A DNA stretch of 64,000 nt from Planctomycetota bacterium (GCA_038227875.1 JBBRPR010000030.1:1-64000); one strand, 5' to 3'. Counted from the first letter of the stretch, positions 19,750 through 29,202 are shown. A program made the numbers and translations. The notes: generated by a model not told the origin, from the letters alone.

Positions 19750-19910
19750 GCACGCCAACCTACATCATCCGCGACCAGAAGAAAACGGAATACACGGCGC
19801 GCACGGTCGCCGAAGTCGACGCCATCCTCGCGGACTTGCGCGCGAAGTTCGGCCCGGCGTTCAAATTCAAAATTCAGGCAGTCAAAGATGATCGCGGCGC
19901 GGCCGCGTGA
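19746..19910 (+). CDS. Small hypothetical protein (54 aa, below ORF-track cutoff)
   Basis: MSTPTYIIRDQKK...DDRGAAA; GGGGG RBS, host-like codons. Confidence 0.55.
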   Translation: MSTPTYIIRDQKKTEYTARTVAEVDAILADLRAKFGPAFKFKIQAVKDDRGAAA

Positions 19911-19963
19911 AATAAAAAACCCCGCTGGCAGGCGGGGCTTGAACTGAAAGGAACCTTCGACGC

Positions 19964-20203
19964 ATGAACAATAGCACCTCAACCGCCTTCCCGTCAATAC
20001 CTCGTGGCCGATTTCCCGGCCGCCGTCCGCAAGTCGTTCCGTGTGCGCTGTGCGGCGCCCTGGCTGAAGATCCGCAGGCGAGGAACGAAAAGCACGAATG
20101 GGTTTGCTGCGCGTGCTGGACCGCGGCGGAGGACCGGCGGCGCGCGTCCGCAGGCAATGGGCCGTCGAGCATCGGCGAAATTCTGCGAGGACTCTTTGAA
20201 TGA
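19964..20203 (+). CDS. Small zinc-finger-like protein
   Basis: CALC...CCAC; AAGGA RBS; ATGA overlap with initiator. Confidence 0.6.
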   Translation: MNNSTSTAFPSIPRGRFPGRRPQVVPCALCGALAEDPQARNEKHEWVCCACWTAAEDRRRASAGNGPSSIGEILRGLFE

Positions 20204-21147
20204 TTTACAAAATCCGCGATTGGGACAAGTACTTTGAAAACAACCGCACGCGCGAGTTGAAGAATCTGCAATGGGTTCCGATGCCGAATAAGCACGACGG
20301 CGACGGCTTCACCGAAGTGATGGAACAAGAGCGCGGCGTCGAGGTGTATGGCGCGTGGGCCCTGATTCTGCAGATCGCTTCCAAGTGCAACCCGCGCGGA
20401 ACGCTGGTCCGCGACAATCCCGCACCCTCCTGCGGCGATCCCGCACCCGGGTGCGGTGGGGGTCAAAAGGCACACGATTCGGCCAGTTTGGCGCGGATGA
20501 CCCGCACACACCGATCCGTGTTCGATCATGCCCTACCGATTTTGGTTCAAGTCGGATGGCTGGATGTAATCCCCGAAGCTGAAAGCCTTTGTGAAATCCC
20601 GCACCCTCCTGCGGGATTGTCGCACCCTCCTGCGGTAATCCCGCACCCAAGTGCCGCCTCGCGCGCGCGCGCGGAAGGGAATGGAATGGAAGGGAATGGA
20701 ATGGAAAAGAACACACCGCCGAAACAGCCCGGCGAGGAGACGGCGACGAAAGTTGCCAGCATGTTTTCAGAACCGGAAACAGAGCATCCTGGCGAAATTG
20801 AGTCTCCCGCGGCGGTCATCGAAAAACAGATCGCGCAACTTTACGAAGCGTACCCCAAAAAAGTGGATCCGCGCACAACCGCGAAGGCGATCCGCGCGGC
20901 GCTGAAGCGGGCGCCGTTCGAAATCATCCTGGCCGGAGTACGCAAATACGCCGCGGCGCGCGCGGGTCAAGACAAGCAGTACACAAAAAATTCCGCCACC
21001 TGGTTCAACGCCAACGCGTGGGAAAACGAGATCGAAGAGCGTATCGACCCCGACAACAACCTCGATCCAGACGATTGGGCCGGCGCCCTGGCCGAGCGCA
21101 TCGGCGCGGAAAACGTGCGCGCTGCGCAGAACGGCAGGCACGCATGA
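20200..21147 (+). CDS. Phage-type replication initiator
   Basis: N-terminal 'I.DWDKYFE'; internal iterons; C-terminal 'YPKK...ATWFNANAWENE'. Confidence 0.72.
   Translation: MIYKIRDWDKYFENNRTRELKNLQWVPMPNKHDGDGFTEVMEQERGVEVYGAWALILQIASKCNPRGTLVRDNPAPSCGDPAPGCGGGQKAHDSASLARMTRTHRSVFDHALPILVQVGWLDVIPEAESLCEIPHPPAGLSHPPAVIPHPSAASRARAEGNGMEGNGMEKNTPPKQPGEETATKVASMFSEPETEHPGEIESPAAVIEKQIAQLYEAYPKKVDPRTTAKAIRAALKRAPFEIILAGVRKYAAARAGQDKQYTKNSATWFNANAWENEIEERIDPDNNLDPDDWAGALAERIGAENVRAAQNGRHA
20417..20710 (+). repeat. Putative replication origin: five 21-bp iterons and purine-rich tract inside initiator gene
   Basis: atcccgcaccctcctgcgg-like units at 20417, 20438, 20596, 20617 and 20638; (ggaagggaatggaat)x2 near 20672-20710. 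Confidence 0.75.
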
Positions 21148-22994
21148 GCATGGAACTCACGAACCTGAAAGCCGACCTGAAAGCACGCCTGAAGCTCGAA
21201 GACCTGATCCGCGGCGCTGGCGTCGACCTGAAACCCTCGGGCAAGAATCTCGAAGCGTGCTGCCCGTTCCACGCGGAGAACACCCCGTCGTTCAAAGTCC
21301 ATGCCGACCAACAGTATTTCAAATGCTTCGGCTGCGGCGCGAGCGGCGACGTGTTCGACTGGCTGGGATTTCAAAAGTTCAAGAGGCCAAAAGTCGAGGG
21401 CGCGGACTTCGTCGAGCTGCTCCGCGAAGCTTGCCAGCTTACCGGCATCGCGTTTCCGGAGAACGGCGCGAAGCCCACGCCCGCGGCCGCGAAGCAAAAA
21501 ACCGTCTACGCCACACGCGAAAAGCTCGACGCGGCGGCGGCCTGGCAGGCCGGAGAGGGCGCCGGGACTGTGGCCGCGACGTATGCCTACTCGCATCCAG
21601 ACAGCGCCGCGGTGGAGCTGGTCGTTTACCGCATCGAGATTCCCGGCAAGGGCAAGCGATTCTTGCAGGCGCGGCCGTGCGAAGGCGGGTTCGCGTTCGG
21701 CGGACTCGAGCGAACGCCGATCTACAACCGCGCACGCGTCGCGAAAGCCGACCACGTCGTCATCGTCGAAGGCGAGAAATGCGTTCACGCTCTTCACGCG
21801 ATCGGAATTGTTGGCACGACGTCGGCCGGCGGATCGAATGCGGCGGAAAAAGCGGACTGGTCGCCGCTGGCCGGCAAGCGCGTGACGATCTGGAGAGACA
21901 ACGACGACTCTGGATCGAAATATCAACAGGCCGTCATCACAGCGCTGGAAAAGTTGAGCCCGCGGCCGATTGTCTCCGTGGTCGCTGTCGAGGCCTTGCC
22001 GCTGGGCGCGAAGGAAGATTGCGCTGATTTCATCGCCCGGTTGCCGTACACCGACCAGAAGCGCGAGGCCGTCGACCAGGTGCTTGCCGATGCCGTTGGT
22101 ACCGGCGCGATTGCCGATCTCGACGCCGATCTCGCGGACGCGATCGCCGGCCGCCGCATTGCGATCCCGTTCCCATGGAAAACGCTGAACGAGGCGTCTT
22201 TAGCATTGCTGCCGGGCAGCGTGTCGGTTCTGTGCGGATCGCCCGGCGCAACGAAATCGCTGGCGCTGATCCAGTGCCTTCTGCACTGGCAGGCTGCAGG
22301 CGTCCCCGCCGCGGCGCTGATGCTCGAGGACGGCGTGAGCTATCACTTGCGGCGGGCGCTGGCGCAGCTCAGCAACGAATCGAGTCTGACCCGAGACGAT
22401 TGGTGCCGTGAGCATCCGGAAAACGTCGCCACATTTCGCGCGGCGGCGCTCGATCGACTCAACACGCTACAGGCGTATCTGTTCGCGCCGACCGATACCG
22501 ATGCGTTGACGCCGAAAGCCCTGGTCACATGGGTGCAGGCCCGGGCCGACGCCGGCGCGCGCGTGATCTGCGTGGATCCGATCACCGCGATGCAGAAGGG
22601 CAAATTTGGCTGGCAGGATGATCAGCAATTCCTCATGGAGGCCAAGCGCATCGTGGAACGCGCAAAGGCAAGTCTTCTGCTCGTATCGCATCCACGCAAA
22701 CAGGCACAAGGCCGACCGTCGAGCATGGGGCTTGAGGAAATCGCGGGCGGCGCCGCTTACGAGCGTTTCGCTCAGTCGATTCTATTTCTGCGGGCGCACC
22801 GTGACGTGGGCGTCAACGTCGTGAACAGCGGTGGCGAAAAGCTGCAGCGCATTTCCAACCGCACGCTCTCGGTGCTGAAGTCGCGGAATTCTTACGGGCA
22901 ATCGCAGAATGTTCGCATCGCGTTTCAGTTTGAATCTCAGAGTCTCACGCTTCACGAACTCGGGCGCATCGTCTCGGAAGCGCCAGCGCAATAG
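21144..22994 (+). CDS. Primase-helicase (CHC2 zinc finger + TOPRIM + DnaB-like ATPase)
   Basis: CPFHAENTPSF, FKCFGCG, VEGEKC, DNDDSG, GSPGATKS Walker A, VICVDP, LVSHPRK. Confidence 0.9.
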   Translation: MSMELTNLKADLKARLKLEDLIRGAGVDLKPSGKNLEACCPFHAENTPSFKVHADQQYFKCFGCGASGDVFDWLGFQKFKRPKVEGADFVELLREACQLTGIAFPENGAKPTPAAAKQKTVYATREKLDAAAAWQAGEGAGTVAATYAYSHPDSAAVELVVYRIEIPGKGKRFLQARPCEGGFAFGGLERTPIYNRARVAKADHVVIVEGEKCVHALHAIGIVGTTSAGGSNAAEKADWSPLAGKRVTIWRDNDDSGSKYQQAVITALEKLSPRPIVSVVAVEALPLGAKEDCADFIARLPYTDQKREAVDQVLADAVGTGAIADLDADLADAIAGRRIAIPFPWKTLNEASLALLPGSVSVLCGSPGATKSLALIQCLLHWQAAGVPAAALMLEDGVSYHLRRALAQLSNESSLTRDDWCREHPENVATFRAAALDRLNTLQAYLFAPTDTDALTPKALVTWVQARADAGARVICVDPITAMQKGKFGWQDDQQFLMEAKRIVERAKASLLLVSHPRKQAQGRPSSMGLEEIAGGAAYERFAQSILFLRAHRDVGVNVVNSGGEKLQRISNRTLSVLKSRNSYGQSQNVRIAFQFESQSLTLHELGRIVSEAPAQ

Positions 22995-23012
22995 CGCAGA
23001 AAGGAAAACGTC

Positions 23013-23276
23013 ATGCTAGTTAAAGCCCTGAATCACGACGACTCGAAGCGCGCGGAAGTCTGGCACGTGATCATGCGCCGCGGTGAGGACCTGGAGTTAC
23101 TTCACCACGGATTCCCGACCGAAGCAGACGCGCGCGCCGATGCCACGCGCATGCACGAATTCGTCAAAGATGCACACATCGGCATAGTGTGCTCGCGCGT
23201 GGACTTCTCGACAATGGCGGCCGTGCAAGATCCGAGCAAGCCACGCACAGCCGCGACGCTGGAGATGCCGGCGTGA
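23013..23276 (+). CDS. Hypothetical protein (element)
   Basis: AAGGA RBS; 87 aa. Confidence 0.6.
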   Translation: MLVKALNHDDSKRAEVWHVIMRRGEDLELLHHGFPTEADARADATRMHEFVKDAHIGIVCSRVDFSTMAAVQDPSKPRTAATLEMPA

Positions 23277-23491
23277 GCAAGAAGCAGAAGGACATAACGC
23301 TGCGAGTGGAGCGCTCGGTGCTGTATCGAGAGCCACGACCAGCCAAGCGCACATGCCTCGCATGCGGCAGGAAGTTCGCGAGCTCGGGACCGTGGCACCG
23401 GCGATGCCAGTCGTGTGACTCGAAGCTCGACACACCCGGCGCGATGAGCACCCAGACAGAGCACAAGGTCGCGCGGATGAAAGGCTGGTGA
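23273..23491 (+). CDS. Small zinc-finger protein
   Basis: GTGA overlap; RTCLACGRKFAS.G..HRRCQSC. Confidence 0.6.
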   Translation: MSKKQKDITLRVERSVLYREPRPAKRTCLACGRKFASSGPWHRRCQSCDSKLDTPGAMSTQTEHKVARMKGW

Positions 23492-23495
23492 TCGG

Positions 23496-23834
23496 ATGGA
23501 AAAGGCACGAACACACAAGCCACTGCCGCAACGTCAGGCCAAGCGCTACCGGTCGCCAGTGGACGCCACGATCATCAGCCAGTTCCGCGGCAGCCCGGAG
23601 TGGAAGCGGTTGAGAGCATTGAAGCGTGGTCTGCAACCGTTGTGTGAGGATCCGTTCGAATGGCATGCACGCGAGAGACGATCAGTGGCGGCATCGTCTT
23701 GCCATCACATCGTTGGTCTGGATGAGGACATCACTCAAGGTCTGGTGCTTGAGAATCTGATGAGCACGTGCTCGAAGTGTCACGCCAGACTGGAGGCGGA
23801 CGTCAGGCAACGCCAAGGGCAACGTCAGGGGTAG
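23496..23834 (+). CDS. HNH endonuclease, HK97 gp74-like packaging cofactor
   Basis: W..LR....QPLCE, HHIV, ENLMSTCSKCH; immediately upstream of terS. Confidence 0.88.
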   Translation: MEKARTHKPLPQRQAKRYRSPVDATIISQFRGSPEWKRLRALKRGLQPLCEDPFEWHARERRSVAASSCHHIVGLDEDITQGLVLENLMSTCSKCHARLEADVRQRQGQRQG

Positions 23835-23930
23835 GGGTGGGTTCAGTCTCTCAGTGGGAGGGCGTACCACCGCGCATGGGGGCAGATGCAGGTTTTTGCA
23901 GTCCCAGAAATACTTTTTTTTGAGGATCGA
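23828..23930. other. Putative cos packaging site
   Basis: G-rich non-coding gap between HNH and terS (ggggtaggggtggg...accgcgc...), the usual cos position in HK97-like genomes. Confidence 0.45.
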
Positions 23931-23932
23931 TC

Positions 23933-24292
23933 ATGAAAACCGACAAAGGACCGCTCGCCCCGCGCAGCCTGGGTGCCATTGGAAAAAGATTCTGGCGCGA
24001 CACCGTCGCCGAATTCGAATTCGAACCGCATCACCTGAGAATCTTGGAGCAGGCGGCGCGCACGCTGGACCGCCTCGAGGTTTGCCGTCTCGACATCAAG
24101 AAAAACGGCACGCTGACCCGTGATCGTTTCGATCAGGCGATCGTTTCACCGGCCGTTGAGTTGGAAATTAAGCTCACCCGGTCATTTAAAAGTCTTGTGC
24201 GCGAATTGCAATTGGACATTGAGCCAAAGGACGCCGGCTATTCGCGGCCGCCGCGCCTGGCCATCACCGGAAGGAACTCTAAACATGCCTAG
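23933..24292 (+). CDS. Terminase small subunit (P27-like)
   Basis: P..L...GKRFW, I.K.G....DRF.Q...PAV, L.REL.L. Confidence 0.8.
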   Translation: MKTDKGPLAPRSLGAIGKRFWRDTVAEFEFEPHHLRILEQAARTLDRLEVCRLDIKKNGTLTRDRFDQAIVSPAVELEIKLTRSFKSLVRELQLDIEPKDAGYSRPPRLAITGRNSKHA

Positions 24293-24806
24293 CCCACGAC
24301 GACGAACGCGCGCACACCGCGATGGACACGTGCACAGATTCCTCTGTGAGACGCTGCTCAGCGGCTTCCAGTGGTTCGACCTGGCTTTCACAGAAGCCGA
24401 ACTCCGCACCGCATGGAACGAACTCGGCGAGGAGCTGCTCGCGCGCTGGATTGCCGCGTGTCCCGGTCGCAGGCCGTTCGCGTTCTGGAAGTTCGACACG
24501 AAAGAGCCCCGCCGCTTACTCGATGGCGTGGAGGACGACGGCGACACCGCCCCGCGGCTGCGATTCGGAATTCCGCCCGGGCAGGATGAGTTTTACGAGA
24601 GCGAGGCGGCGTATTTGAAGCGCCTGGGACTCATGAAAGCGCCGGAGCGGCGCGCGCTGGCCAGGCTGCAGCCCGCCGCGGTCACCGAAGACGGACGACC
24701 GGACGGCGCCCCGTTTGCCGAGTACTTCGCGCCAGACATCGGCCTGGGCGAGCTGGTACCGCCGCCGAATCGGCACGTGTGGGCCCGGCCGCGGGAGATC
24801 TACTAA
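24285..24806 (+). CDS. Phage-associated hypothetical protein
   Basis: Overlaps terS end; 'AW...GEELL..W....PG.RP.AFWKFD...ESEAAYLKRLGL'. Confidence 0.65.
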   Translation: MPSPRRRTRAHRDGHVHRFLCETLLSGFQWFDLAFTEAELRTAWNELGEELLARWIAACPGRRPFAFWKFDTKEPRRLLDGVEDDGDTAPRLRFGIPPGQDEFYESEAAYLKRLGLMKAPERRALARLQPAAVTEDGRPDGAPFAEYFAPDIGLGELVPPPNRHVWARPREIY

Positions 24807-24808
24807 CC

Positions 24809-25012
24809 ATGACCTGCTGCACCGATTGCGGCAAACAATCCGCCCGCTCGCGCTGCGGACGCTGCTACCAACGCCGCCGGCGCCGCGAGGATGCCGCGCA
24901 GCAAAAAGCTTTCGCGCTGGCGTGGTGTAATCGCGCCGAAATTTCGCCGCTGCAATTCGTTCAGACTGTTCTGTTTGTACGAAAACAACAGAGAATTATT
25001 TCGCGCCGTTAA
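24809..25012 (+). CDS. Small Cys-rich basic protein
   Basis: CTDC...CGRCY.RRRRR. Confidence 0.5.
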   Translation: MTCCTDCGKQSARSRCGRCYQRRRRREDAAQQKAFALAWCNRAEISPLQFVQTVLFVRKQQRIISRR

Positions 25013-25069
25013 CAAGTACCCGCCTCTCGCGTGGTAAAGTTCGCGCGGTTTGAAAAGGAGAAACGAGTC

Positions 25070-25252
25070 ATGGCCAGAATGAATTTCGTAAAGACCAAGC
25101 CTGTGCAGTTGATCACTCCTCGCGACGCCGCGCGCGTTGCCGGAAAGATGAAAACTCAGGCGCTGAAAGGCGACGCCAACGCCGCGGCCGTCTGTCTGAT
25201 GCTGCACGGCGGACTGTTTTCGCCGTCGCCAGTAATGAACCCGATGGCCTGA
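25070..25252 (+). CDS. Small hypothetical protein
   Basis: AAGGAG RBS upstream. Confidence 0.5.
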   Translation: MARMNFVKTKPVQLITPRDAARVAGKMKTQALKGDANAAAVCLMLHGGLFSPSPVMNPMA

Positions 25253-25261
25253 GAACAAACC

Positions 25262-25741
25262 ATGAACGACGCCGCTTATCACGAGGCCGGGCACGCTGTT
25301 GTCGCTCTTGCGCTGGGCGGCAAAGTCCTGGGCGTGTGGATCGACAATGCAGGCGGCGGTGAGTGTCGGGCGGAGTGCGGAGTGGGCGAGGTTCCTGTGA
25401 TGCAGATGGCGATTCGACTTTGTTTTTTACTTGGCGGACCTCTCGCCAAGGCGCGCGCTGAGATCGGAGGGGATGTCGACGAGCATGACCCCGGTAACGC
25501 CGTCGACTTTCAGCAGATCCGCCCATTGATCACCACGTACTACAAAGAATTTGAAAACCGCGCTACGACCGATGTTTTAAGAACTGGCTTCTACTTGGCT
25601 CAAAAACGGCGCGCGTCTGAAATCCTGGCGCGTTGCTGGCCGGCCGTCGGCGCGATCGCCAACGAACTGGTGTGCACTGGAAAATGTTCAGGAGACCGGG
25701 CGGCCATGCTCTACGCGCTGGCGCCGGAATTGGTGAACTGA
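25262..25741 (+). CDS. HExxH zinc peptidase-like (M41/M50-type motif) protein
   Basis: AYHEAGHAVVA, LGG..A, D, W.AV.AIA..L resembling the FtsH protease domain. Confidence 0.7.
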   Translation: MNDAAYHEAGHAVVALALGGKVLGVWIDNAGGGECRAECGVGEVPVMQMAIRLCFLLGGPLAKARAEIGGDVDEHDPGNAVDFQQIRPLITTYYKEFENRATTDVLRTGFYLAQKRRASEILARCWPAVGAIANELVCTGKCSGDRAAMLYALAPELVN

Positions 25742-25761
25742 ATTCAAAGGAGAGAAATGCC

Positions 25762-26283
25762 ATGGGAAGAATTTTAGACGCAATCCGGAGCGCCACACAG
25801 CAACTGCCGAAAGCAACACCGGCCGACTCTCTCGACGCTGCAATCATCGCCGGCGATGAGGCCGAGATCATCAGGCATGCCACGCTCCTCAAGCTGGACC
25901 CGGCCGCGGTGCGCGCAATCGAATCCGCGGTGCCCTTAATCCGTGAGGCGACGAACCTGCCATCGAAACAACACGCTTTGATTATGGCCCTTCCCCATAA
26001 CGCCGAGCGGCGCAAAGCGGCCGACGCGGTTGAAATCGACATACTTCACTCGCTGGACGCTGAAAACCGCGACATGGGAAAGGGCAAATTCCGGGCGGTA
26101 ATCTCGGGTCGACTGGCGACGGACGCGGAAAACGATGCGATTTACGCCGAGCACGAAGCCGCCCGAAAGCGCGCGGAAGCCGCGATCGTGGCCGAAGCCA
26201 AACGGCGCAAGGAAGCGCTCTACGAGGCTCAGCGATGGCCAGCGATGGCCTGCGAGGGATACAGCGGCTTTCGCCAGGGATAA
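25762..26283 (+). CDS. Hypothetical alpha-helical protein
   Basis: AAGGAG RBS; 173 aa. Confidence 0.65.
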   Translation: MGRILDAIRSATQQLPKATPADSLDAAIIAGDEAEIIRHATLLKLDPAAVRAIESAVPLIREATNLPSKQHALIMALPHNAERRKAADAVEIDILHSLDAENRDMGKGKFRAVISGRLATDAENDAIYAEHEAARKRAEAAIVAEAKRRKEALYEAQRWPAMACEGYSGFRQG

Positions 26284-26365
26284 CTAAGCCCCGCTAGGGG
26301 CGCAGCGCGGTGGCTTGTATCTCAAGCCGTCTTCAACCGCGCTGGACTTTAAAAGGAGATCGACT

Positions 26366-26542
26366 GTGGACATTCTCGCAGAGCTAAACCGAAAGCCAAA
26401 GACCGTTGCGGGCATCCCCGTCGGCGTCTCGCCTACCAAAGTCGTCTCCCTCGGCGTCTCGGTGCCCTGGAAGTTCGTGAACGTCGTGAAGAGCGTACCC
26501 GTCGACCAAGGGCACACTCTCCCAACGCGCTGGAAATTCTGA
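26366..26542 (+). CDS. Small hypothetical protein with internal repeats
   Basis: AAGGAG RBS before GTG; GVS x2, WKF x2. Confidence 0.5.
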   Translation: MDILAELNRKPKTVAGIPVGVSPTKVVSLGVSVPWKFVNVVKSVPVDQGHTLPTRWKF

Positions 26543-26551
26543 GGAACGCAG

Positions 26552-26836
26552 ATGCCCAAGCCGGCCGCAATCCTCAAGCAACTACAAGCCGCGATCCGCC
26601 GCGGCAGATTTGGCGCTGAAGAGATTCAGAAGATCGGCGCGCGCATTCAGGAAATCAAAGCGCTGAACGTCGCCGCGCTATCACTCGATCAGCAGATTGC
26701 GATTTTAAAAGAGCAGGAAGGGCTGATCGATCAGCTTACACGCGCCACGCAGATCGTTGAATCGGCGTCTGCGGAGCTGGATGAACTCAAGCCGCACATC
26801 GACGCGCTGAACAAGGGGAACCCCGCCCATGGGTGA
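26552..26836 (+). CDS. Coiled-coil hypothetical protein directly upstream of tape-measure-like gene
   Basis: GAGG RBS; heptad pattern; overlaps next start. Confidence 0.65.
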   Translation: MPKPAAILKQLQAAIRRGRFGAEEIQKIGARIQEIKALNVAALSLDQQIAILKEQEGLIDQLTRATQIVESASAELDELKPHIDALNKGNPAHG

Positions 26837-28100
26837 TACAACGAACGTAGGCGAGATCGCTGTGGATATCGTCGCGCGCACGGACAAGTTTCAGACGAGC
26901 ATGTCCGGTGCTGGCCAGATGACCGACCGTTTCGCCACACAGGCCGCCAGCTCGATTCAACGGGCCGAAGCAGCATTCACCAAGCTCGAGGTGTCCGGCA
27001 AGGGCGGCAAGCGCATCATTGAAGACCTTTCCACGACCATGGGCGCGGCCGGCGGACCCGTCGGCAATCTCGCCGGCGCCATGATCCGTATGGGCCCGGC
27101 GCTTGGCGTCGCAACGGGCGGCATGGAAATCTTCAGCGATGTGATGAAGAACCAGGCGGAGCTCGTCGCCAACACCATCAAAAACGCCGAACGTTACGCC
27201 GAAATCGCGGAGCGCGTGGGGCAGGCGACGGGGAAGGTTGCAGCGTCTGGCATCATGGGTGCTTCGACCAATGCCGAAATCAAGACCATCACCAAATCCC
27301 TTGTCGACCTGCGAGAGCAACAGGAAGCCGCGACAAAGTACGCCGGTGTCTACGATGCCGCATGGCGAGTGGTTTCAAATAACAATCCATTGAAACTCAT
27401 AAAAAATAATCCGCTGCAGGGATACGCCGACGAGCAGTTGAAGGCGCAGCAAGCCTTGAACATGGAGATCGATCGCACAACCGACCGCCTCAACGAAGAA
27501 TTGAAGATGAGTAAGGCGTTCGCGATCGCGGACACCGCTGGCGCAGTGTACAAAGAAGCTGAATATCAGATCAAAGTCACGACGAAAAAAGACTCCCTTG
27601 AACGCCTGGCAAGTGAAGTCGCGGCCGCCGCAGATTACGGCGTTGCCTTGAAAGATGGTCTCAGTGATTTGCCCGAGGGCGGCAAGGCGTACAACATGGT
27701 GCTCGACAAGTGGCGCGAGAATTATTTGAAGATCCTCGACCTGACGGACCAGATCGCAGAGAAGACAACCAAGGCCGCCGAAGCATCGGTGAAATCAATT
27801 GAAGCGCAGCACAGCGCCTTTGAAAAGGGAATGCATCTCGTCGGCGAGTACGCCGGTAAGGCGAACAAGATTTACGAGAACTCAGACCGCTCGGGGTTTC
27901 ATCCCGTCACCGCTGCCGCGGAGACGGTCAAGACCGGCTTCGGCCTGCAGCTCGACACATCCAACGTCAGCGCGGCCGCTCTGCGCATGGCTGACACGAA
28001 GGTTCAGAAAGTCAGCGACCCCGCACTGGACGGTATTCAGAAGACGCTCGATGCAATCAAAACGAACACGGCCAGCACCGGCATGGCGAGGGCGCAATGA
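26829..28100 (+). CDS. Short tail tape-measure-like protein
   Basis: N-terminus 'VGEIAVDIVARTDKFQTSM' typical of TMPs; Ala/Gly-rich helical body; C-terminal 'L..I.KTL..IK.NT'. Confidence 0.62.
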   Translation: MGDTTNVGEIAVDIVARTDKFQTSMSGAGQMTDRFATQAASSIQRAEAAFTKLEVSGKGGKRIIEDLSTTMGAAGGPVGNLAGAMIRMGPALGVATGGMEIFSDVMKNQAELVANTIKNAERYAEIAERVGQATGKVAASGIMGASTNAEIKTITKSLVDLREQQEAATKYAGVYDAAWRVVSNNNPLKLIKNNPLQGYADEQLKAQQALNMEIDRTTDRLNEELKMSKAFAIADTAGAVYKEAEYQIKVTTKKDSLERLASEVAAAADYGVALKDGLSDLPEGGKAYNMVLDKWRENYLKILDLTDQIAEKTTKAAEASVKSIEAQHSAFEKGMHLVGEYAGKANKIYENSDRSGFHPVTAAAETVKTGFGLQLDTSNVSAAALRMADTKVQKVSDPALDGIQKTLDAIKTNTASTGMARAQ

Positions 28101-28393
28101 CAATCGCCTTTCAACAGTACGCCGCTCGGGAGTTGAGGGTTTGGCGTTTCGCCGAAGAGGAACTCGGGAAATCAATGGCCCGGTACCGTTTGATCCTTAC
28201 CACAGGCGACGAAATCCGCGAGCGTGCTGCAGGCGAAAACCGACCATTCACCGCCGAAGAGGCCGCGGAGCTGCGCGAAATGCTGGATGAAGCGCAGGCG
28301 CTCAAGGACCGCATCGACCGCGCGCTCCGGCTGCGCGAACGAGTTTATCCCAAACTTGAACTCAGGGCAGAAGAATACGCGAGGACGCACTAA
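28097..28393 (+). CDS. Small helical protein resembling HK97-type capsid N-terminal scaffold (delta) segment
   Basis: 'I.ERAAGENRPFTAEEAAELREMLDEAQALKDRIDR'. Confidence 0.5.
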   Translation: MTIAFQQYAARELRVWRFAEEELGKSMARYRLILTTGDEIRERAAGENRPFTAEEAAELREMLDEAQALKDRIDRALRLRERVYPKLELRAEEYARTH

Positions 28394-29202
28394 TGGGCCA
28401 AGTCATCGTTTCCGACCTTCTCGACCAGGCGACGTACCGCGAGGACTTCAGCGGCGTTTCAGCCACACGCAAATTTCTCGTGGACGGACTCACCGGCGAG
28501 CCTTCGCGCAAGCAGTACGAGTGCGCGAAGCTGCCTGATGTCCCAAAGGTCGGCGATCCACACCCGAGCATTCCTCAACTTTTCGTGGCGTCGGTGGACG
28601 TTACGGCGCCGCCGATGTCGCCTTACAAGGCGTGGGTGCTTGTCACCTACGGCACGAAATCCACGACGCTCACGCCGCCGTCGGGAGGCAACACTCCGGG
28701 CACGGTCGAGATGGGTGCCACGTCCTCACAGATTGAAACCACGCGCGATAAAGACGGCAAGGAAATGATCCTGACCTATACACAGGTCTCAGAGACGAGC
28801 ACCACCACCGGCGGGATTACCACCACCGACAAAATCTCAAACACGATCACGCAACCATTCAAGGCCAGCGTAAACGAGTCCCACCCGTACTTGATGGTGA
28901 GCCGGCTGGAGTCGAACTACACATTCTCAAAGACGTTGGAGTTTCAAAACACAGTGAACGCGGTCGCGTTTGCTGGCTATCCGCCGCGGACGTGGTACTG
29001 CAACGCGATTCGAGCAACGAAACAGGGAGCGTTTTACCTCGTGTCCTATGAATTCCAGTATCGCAAGAAAACGTGGAATGCTGAGGGCACCGCAACCGAC
29101 TCGTCCACCGGCGCGCCGGTCGCCAATCCAAAAGAAGGCGAAGGGCATAAGTTTTTCCAAGTGTATACAGAAACCGATTTTAATCAGCTCGGCATCATCT
29201 GA
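28393..29202 (+). CDS. Putative tail (distal tail/hub-like) protein
   Basis: Beta-rich, follows TMP; 'ATRKFLV...P.VGDPHP....V..V.V....W.VTY' pattern I associate with prophage tail regions. Confidence 0.5.
   Translation: MGQVIVSDLLDQATYREDFSGVSATRKFLVDGLTGEPSRKQYECAKLPDVPKVGDPHPSIPQLFVASVDVTAPPMSPYKAWVLVTYGTKSTTLTPPSGGNTPGTVEMGATSSQIETTRDKDGKEMILTYTQVSETSTTTGGITTTDKISNTITQPFKASVNESHPYLMVSRLESNYTFSKTLEFQNTVNAVAFAGYPPRTWYCNAIRATKQGAFYLVSYEFQYRKKTWNAEGTATDSSTGAPVANPKEGEGHKFFQVYTETDFNQLGII

Noticed and set aside
26704..26710. Tail chaperone G/GT-type -1 frameshift at T TTA AAA
   Set aside because: The -1 frame hits TGA at about 26760, giving a shorter rather than extended product.
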